A stretch of DNA of 64,000 bases from Chlamydiota bacterium. Lineage in GTDB: Bacteria > Chlamydiota > Chlamydiia > Chlamydiales > RGXB01. Under the pieces are notes generated by a model, which was not told the DNA's origin, did not search any database, and saw nothing but the letters and a program-made list of their open reading frames with translations. Each line of letters begins with the position of its first letter. Positions within the stretch are counted from its first letter, which is position 1. The stretch lies in contig CANLTW010000001.1 in assembly GCA_947494155.1 (NCBI GenBank), positions 96,001 to 160,000 of the forward strand. The letters are read 5' to 3'. The translations under genes and the position numbers were made by a program. Shown piece by piece: positions 60,167-64,000 of this stretch.

Positions 60167-61475
60167 ATGGAATTCTTTTAACCGCCCCCTACTGGAGTCT
60201 TTAATACGCAAAACAAGTTCCGGAGCATATGGGATGCCAGAGGATGAAAATCTTGTTTTCCCCAACCCTTCTAGGGGTTTTGTTTTAGATAAAGGCGTTC
60301 TGTATCTGGAGCGTTTTTACACTCAACAAAAACAATTGGAGCATCTCCTTCTTAAACGCATTTCCGAAACCACCTCCTGCATACCTATTTTAGGGGAGCT
60401 GGATGATCGACTTAACGAAGGGCAAAAAGAGGCTGTCAAAGCGATTTTTGAGACACATACACTCTTGCTCCAGGGGGGGCCGGGCTCAGGGAAAACCTTT
60501 ACTATCTCCCGATTGATTCCCCTTTTTTATGCCTCTTTTGAAAAGGCTATGCTGGTTAAGCCCCGTATTCTCCTTGCCTCTCAAACGGCAAAAGCGGTGC
60601 ACCACTTGGCTAAACAGCTCCCCAAAGAGCTAATTGAGGTCATTCAAGTGGAGACTTTGCATAAAGTTTTACACCTATCTAAAGAGCTTAAAGCTGTTTC
60701 CCCTACTCTCATAGATCACGATCTGGTGATTATCGATGAGTGCTCCATGATTGATGGGGCGATGATGAATCTTTTTTTGTTATCGCTAAAACCAACGACT
60801 AGGGTCATATTTGTTGGAGATCCTCAACAGCTACCCCCTATCGAAGGTGGGGCTCCGTTTAAATGGATGCTCGCAAGCAAAAAAATTAAGACCTGCTTTC
60901 TTGAGGGATCGCATCGTGCAGAAAATAGACATCTAATTGATGAGGCGAATGCCCTATTTAGAGGAGAAAAGCCTAAAACTCAGCCTTTAGATTCTTTCAA
61001 GATTGAGGATGTGCTCCCCCGCTTTTTTCAGCCAACACAGACAAAACCTGAACCCTCTTTTTTGACAAAATACAAGATTCTCTCCTCCTTGCGAGTTGGC
61101 CTTTACGGCTCGCTTGAGCTCTCAAATCAAATCTTTAACTCCCTAAAAGAACAAAAAGGGCGCTATCTTCTAGTCCCCATAATGATTACCCAAAATAGTG
61201 ATCCGATGCGGCTGTACAATGGCCAGGAGGGGGTGCATATTTTCGATAAAAAAGAAAAGGAACAGCTCGCCTATTTTCCTCACCTGGAGAACCCTATTCC
61301 ATTAGCACTCTTGCCCCCTTTCGAGATCAGTTACGCGATCTCTATCCATAAAAGCCAGGGCTCTGAGTACGAGGAGGTGGATATTTTACTCCCCTCCTCC
61401 AAAGAACCCCTTTTAACCGAACACCTTTATACAGCTATGACCCGGGCAAAAAAAGGTTTTCGCCTTTTTGCCTAG
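60156..61475 (+). CDS. recD: exodeoxyribonuclease V alpha (helicase), shortened
   Basis: GGPGSGKT, IIDECSM, VGDPQQLP, NG-G, IHKSQGSEY, LYTAMTRAK. Confidence 0.92.
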   Translation: MSSKWNSFNRPLLESLIRKTSSGAYGMPEDENLVFPNPSRGFVLDKGVLYLERFYTQQKQLEHLLLKRISETTSCIPILGELDDRLNEGQKEAVKAIFETHTLLLQGGPGSGKTFTISRLIPLFYASFEKAMLVKPRILLASQTAKAVHHLAKQLPKELIEVIQVETLHKVLHLSKELKAVSPTLIDHDLVIIDECSMIDGAMMNLFLLSLKPTTRVIFVGDPQQLPPIEGGAPFKWMLASKKIKTCFLEGSHRAENRHLIDEANALFRGEKPKTQPLDSFKIEDVLPRFFQPTQTKPEPSFLTKYKILSSLRVGLYGSLELSNQIFNSLKEQKGRYLLVPIMITQNSDPMRLYNGQEGVHIFDKKEKEQLAYFPHLENPIPLALLPPFEISYAISIHKSQGSEYEEVDILLPSSKEPLLTEHLYTAMTRAKKGFRLFA

Positions 61476-61665
61476 AGCTGCCTGAATCGTGAGTAGAATG
61501 TTTCACTGTTGTTTTTTTCGTTAAAAAATTTTTTGTTGCCCATGGGAGTTGCCTTTAAAGGCTTTAAAACGACAGTTTGAAATTTTTTTAAGTTTTCAAA
61601 CTTCAGAGGAGCTTTTTTGTTTTTACCCTTTTATTTTATCCGAATCTTTCCAAAAGGAGTAAACC

Positions 61666-61694
61666 TTGAGAAATTAAGCAAAAGAGCTTAATCT
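61666..61694 (+). promoter_or_regulatory. sigma66-type promoter, predicted start at or next to the prfC ATG
   Basis: TTGAGA-N17-TAATCT, 7 nt before ATG 61702; no Shine-Dalgarno. Confidence 0.5.
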
Positions 61695-61701
61695 TATCCT
61701 C

Positions 61702-63297
61702 ATGATCACTCAAAATCACCTAGAATCAGAGATCCTGAAAAGAAGGACTTTTGCCATCATATCCCATCCGGATGCTGGAAAAACTACGCTTACCGAAAAA
61801 CTCCTTCTCTATTCAGACGTACTCAACACCGCCGGAATGGTCGCTGGGAGAAAGGGGAGAAAAGGGGCCCACTCTGACTGGATGAGCATGGAAAGGGAAA
61901 GGGGTATTTCGATCACCGCCTCGGCTATGCAATTTCACTACAAGGACAAAGTGATCAATATTCTCGATACCCCGGGACATGAGGACTTTTCTGTCGATAC
62001 GTATCGCACGCTTACCGCCGCCGATTGCGCCATCATGGTGATTGATGCAGCAAAAGGGGTCGAAAAGCAAACGATTAAGCTTTTTGAAGCTTGCCGCCTC
62101 AGAAAAATCCCGGTGATGACTTTTGTGAATAAAATGGATATGCCCGGATTGGACCCAATCGATCTACTCAACGAGGTGGAAAAAGTTTTAGGTATTTTAG
62201 CCACCCCGATGAATTGGCCAATTGGAGGGGGGAAAGAATTCAAGGGTGTTTTTGACCGGAAAGAAAACAAGCTCATCGTTTTTGAAAAAACCGCTGCAGG
62301 TGGCGCCAAAAAAGCTTTAATGCATAAAGCTTCGAAAGAACAGCTTGATACGCACCTGACTCCACAAGAGATCTCTCAACTCGAATCGGACCTCGAGCTT
62401 TTGGATATGGCAGGCAACCCCTTTTCTTTAGAGCAATTCCTGCAAGCTAAACTCTCCCCCGTTTTTTTTGGGTCAGCCCTCACCAATTTTGGTGTGGAGC
62501 CTTTTTTCGATGCCTTTATCGCATTAGCTCCCTCTCCGAAACCCTACGAAGCGCTTGACAATGCAGGTGGACCCGTGTTTATCGATCCGACTCAATCCCC
62601 TTTCAGTGCCTATTGTTTTAAATTACAAGCAAACCTGGATAAACACCACCGCGGTGTCACCGCCTTTTTCCGAATTGTATCGGGTCTTTTTGAAAAAGAT
62701 ATGCTTGTTTTGAATCACCGATTAAAGACATCTTCCCGTATTTCCAGACCAAGCCAACTCAGCGGAAGCGATCAGGTAACTATAGAATCGGCTGTAGCTG
62801 GTGATATCATCGGTATTGCATCCAACGGCTCTTTTCAGATTAACGATACGATCTCGACCACAAAAGGGGGCTTTCGCTTCAAACCCCTTCCCCAGTTCCA
62901 ACCCGAATTTTTTGCAAGAATTCGTCCAAAAGAGGTCTCGGGCCGTAAGTCTTTTGATAAAGGGTGCGAACAGCTTTCGCATGAGGGGGCTATTTTACTT
63001 CTTAAAGAGGAAAACTCCCCCGATCCTATCTTTGCTGCGGTGGGTCGACTGCAATTTGAGGTGCTTGAGTGGCGTTTAAAGGATGAATACAATGTCGAAA
63101 CATCCATCACTCCCCTCTCCTTCCAATGCTCTGCATGGCTTGTGGGGGATCTGAAAACTTTCAAAAAAAATACGACGGCAATTATCGCTTTTGACCTCGA
63201 AAAACGACCTATCGTCCTCTTTCAGAGCACATGGGAAAAAGAGTATGCAATCAAACAAAATCCTCACCATAAGCTTGTAGATATCCTAGAATCTTAG
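61702..63297 (+). CDS. prfC: peptide chain release factor 3
   Basis: RRTFAIISHPDAGKTTLTEKLL, SDWM-E-ERGIS, DTPGHEDFS, NKMD, VG-LQFEV. Confidence 0.96.
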   Translation: MITQNHLESEILKRRTFAIISHPDAGKTTLTEKLLLYSDVLNTAGMVAGRKGRKGAHSDWMSMERERGISITASAMQFHYKDKVINILDTPGHEDFSVDTYRTLTAADCAIMVIDAAKGVEKQTIKLFEACRLRKIPVMTFVNKMDMPGLDPIDLLNEVEKVLGILATPMNWPIGGGKEFKGVFDRKENKLIVFEKTAAGGAKKALMHKASKEQLDTHLTPQEISQLESDLELLDMAGNPFSLEQFLQAKLSPVFFGSALTNFGVEPFFDAFIALAPSPKPYEALDNAGGPVFIDPTQSPFSAYCFKLQANLDKHHRGVTAFFRIVSGLFEKDMLVLNHRLKTSSRISRPSQLSGSDQVTIESAVAGDIIGIASNGSFQINDTISTTKGGFRFKPLPQFQPEFFARIRPKEVSGRKSFDKGCEQLSHEGAILLLKEENSPDPIFAAVGRLQFEVLEWRLKDEYNVETSITPLSFQCSAWLVGDLKTFKKNTTAIIAFDLEKRPIVLFQSTWEKEYAIKQNPHHKLVDILES

Positions 63298-63998
63298 ATT
63301 CTTTGCCAAAGCCTTGGTGTTGTGTACGGTCCGCCGTATTGGAAAGGTCTTGTATATACCGTAAAGACCTCTTTTCCATCATAGAGGTGGATCCATTCCA
63401 ACATCGGGAAGATGTAGGAGCCATCGATTGTGCGACGGAATACCCCTATCTCCATAGTTTTAGGATCTAGTTGGAACGCTAAATATATTGGCTTTTGATC
63501 CGCTGTTTCCCAGTTTGAATCTCCAAAAATTACAAAAGGGCATCTTGCATGGAAACGGGAAAAAAAAGCCTCATAGGCTTTCTGTAAACCAAATGTCTTC
63601 TCTAATGCAGCAAATACATGCACCTCTTTTTCTAAACTCTTTTTACTTGGCTGAATTAAATGATCCCTCACCCAGGTGTAGCTAAACCCCGGATCCTCCC
63701 ACCCCTCCCGAAATGTTTCTGCTCCCGGAATAAGGGCAAACGCATGCGTTGGAAAAAGCGCTAGAAGGCGTTTTGCCGGAGTATTTTGGAAAAGTGCTAG
63801 AGTATCTCCCGAAAGAGATTTTATGAGGTCCAAGTAAAAAACTAATAGGTCTTGTGGGTTTTCAGGGTTGGATTCCTCTTTTTGAAAAGGGCCCTTTGTT
63901 TCAAAATACCCTTCCAAAAGGGTCTCCAAAGAACCCCCGGAAGGGTATGCCCAAGGTTGTTTACTCTCTATACGCCGACGAAAAGGGATCGATTGTAA
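63294..63998 (-). CDS. hypothetical protein, 5' end outside the window
   Basis: frame stays open from TTG 63929 to the window edge (LQSIPFRRRIESKQPWAYPSGGS...). Confidence 0.75.
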   Translation of the reverse strand, partial: LQSIPFRRRIESKQPWAYPSGGSLETLLEGYFETKGPFQKEESNPENPQDLLVFYLDLIKSLSGDTLALFQNTPAKRLLALFPTHAFALIPGAETFREGWEDPGFSYTWVRDHLIQPSKKSLEKEVHVFAALEKTFGLQKAYEAFFSRFHARCPFVIFGDSNWETADQKPIYLAFQLDPKTMEIGVFRRTIDGSYIFPMLEWIHLYDGKEVFTVYTRPFQYGGPYTTPRLWQRI

Positions 63999-64000
63999 CA

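Noticed and set aside
61472..61543. 23-aa minus-strand ORF MGNKKFFNEKNNSETFYSRFRQL between recD and prfC
   Set aside because: Too short, weak ribosome-binding site, no motif; could be chance in AT-rich DNA
1..64000. CRISPR arrays, IS elements, prophage, rRNA, or a recoded genetic code
   Set aside because: No spaced repeats or transposase/integrase motifs seen; conserved genes translate fully with the standard bacterial code

Overview
A gene-dense chromosomal segment from a member of Chlamydiota, most likely an environmental lineage outside Chlamydiaceae. The assignment rests on chlamydia-like gene blocks (dnaB-mnmG-lplA; sdhCAB-tatD-tolQR-tolA-tolB-pal-LysM; gspDEFG; rpoD near rpsT; MFS-recC-recB) and a sigma66-type RpoD. 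I saw no CRISPR array, rRNA, integrase or transposase. The standout is a diverged tandem duplication of about 1.86 kb containing rpoD, tRNA-Ala(GGC) and the aspC upstream region. Its junction falls exactly on start codons. The downstream sigma copy carries a Q-to-E change in the core-binding DLIQEGN motif, and the downstream tRNA has two changes that perfect a palindrome and break its D-stem. Other oddities: a RecC split in two within a miniaturised RecBCD, a MurI-like protein lacking its second catalytic Cys, a probable CTG-initiated MFS transporter, candidate leaderless genes, a possibly foreign HisRS, and a 30-aa bS22-like ORF missed by the ORF track. All family calls come from reading motifs by eye; no database search was run.
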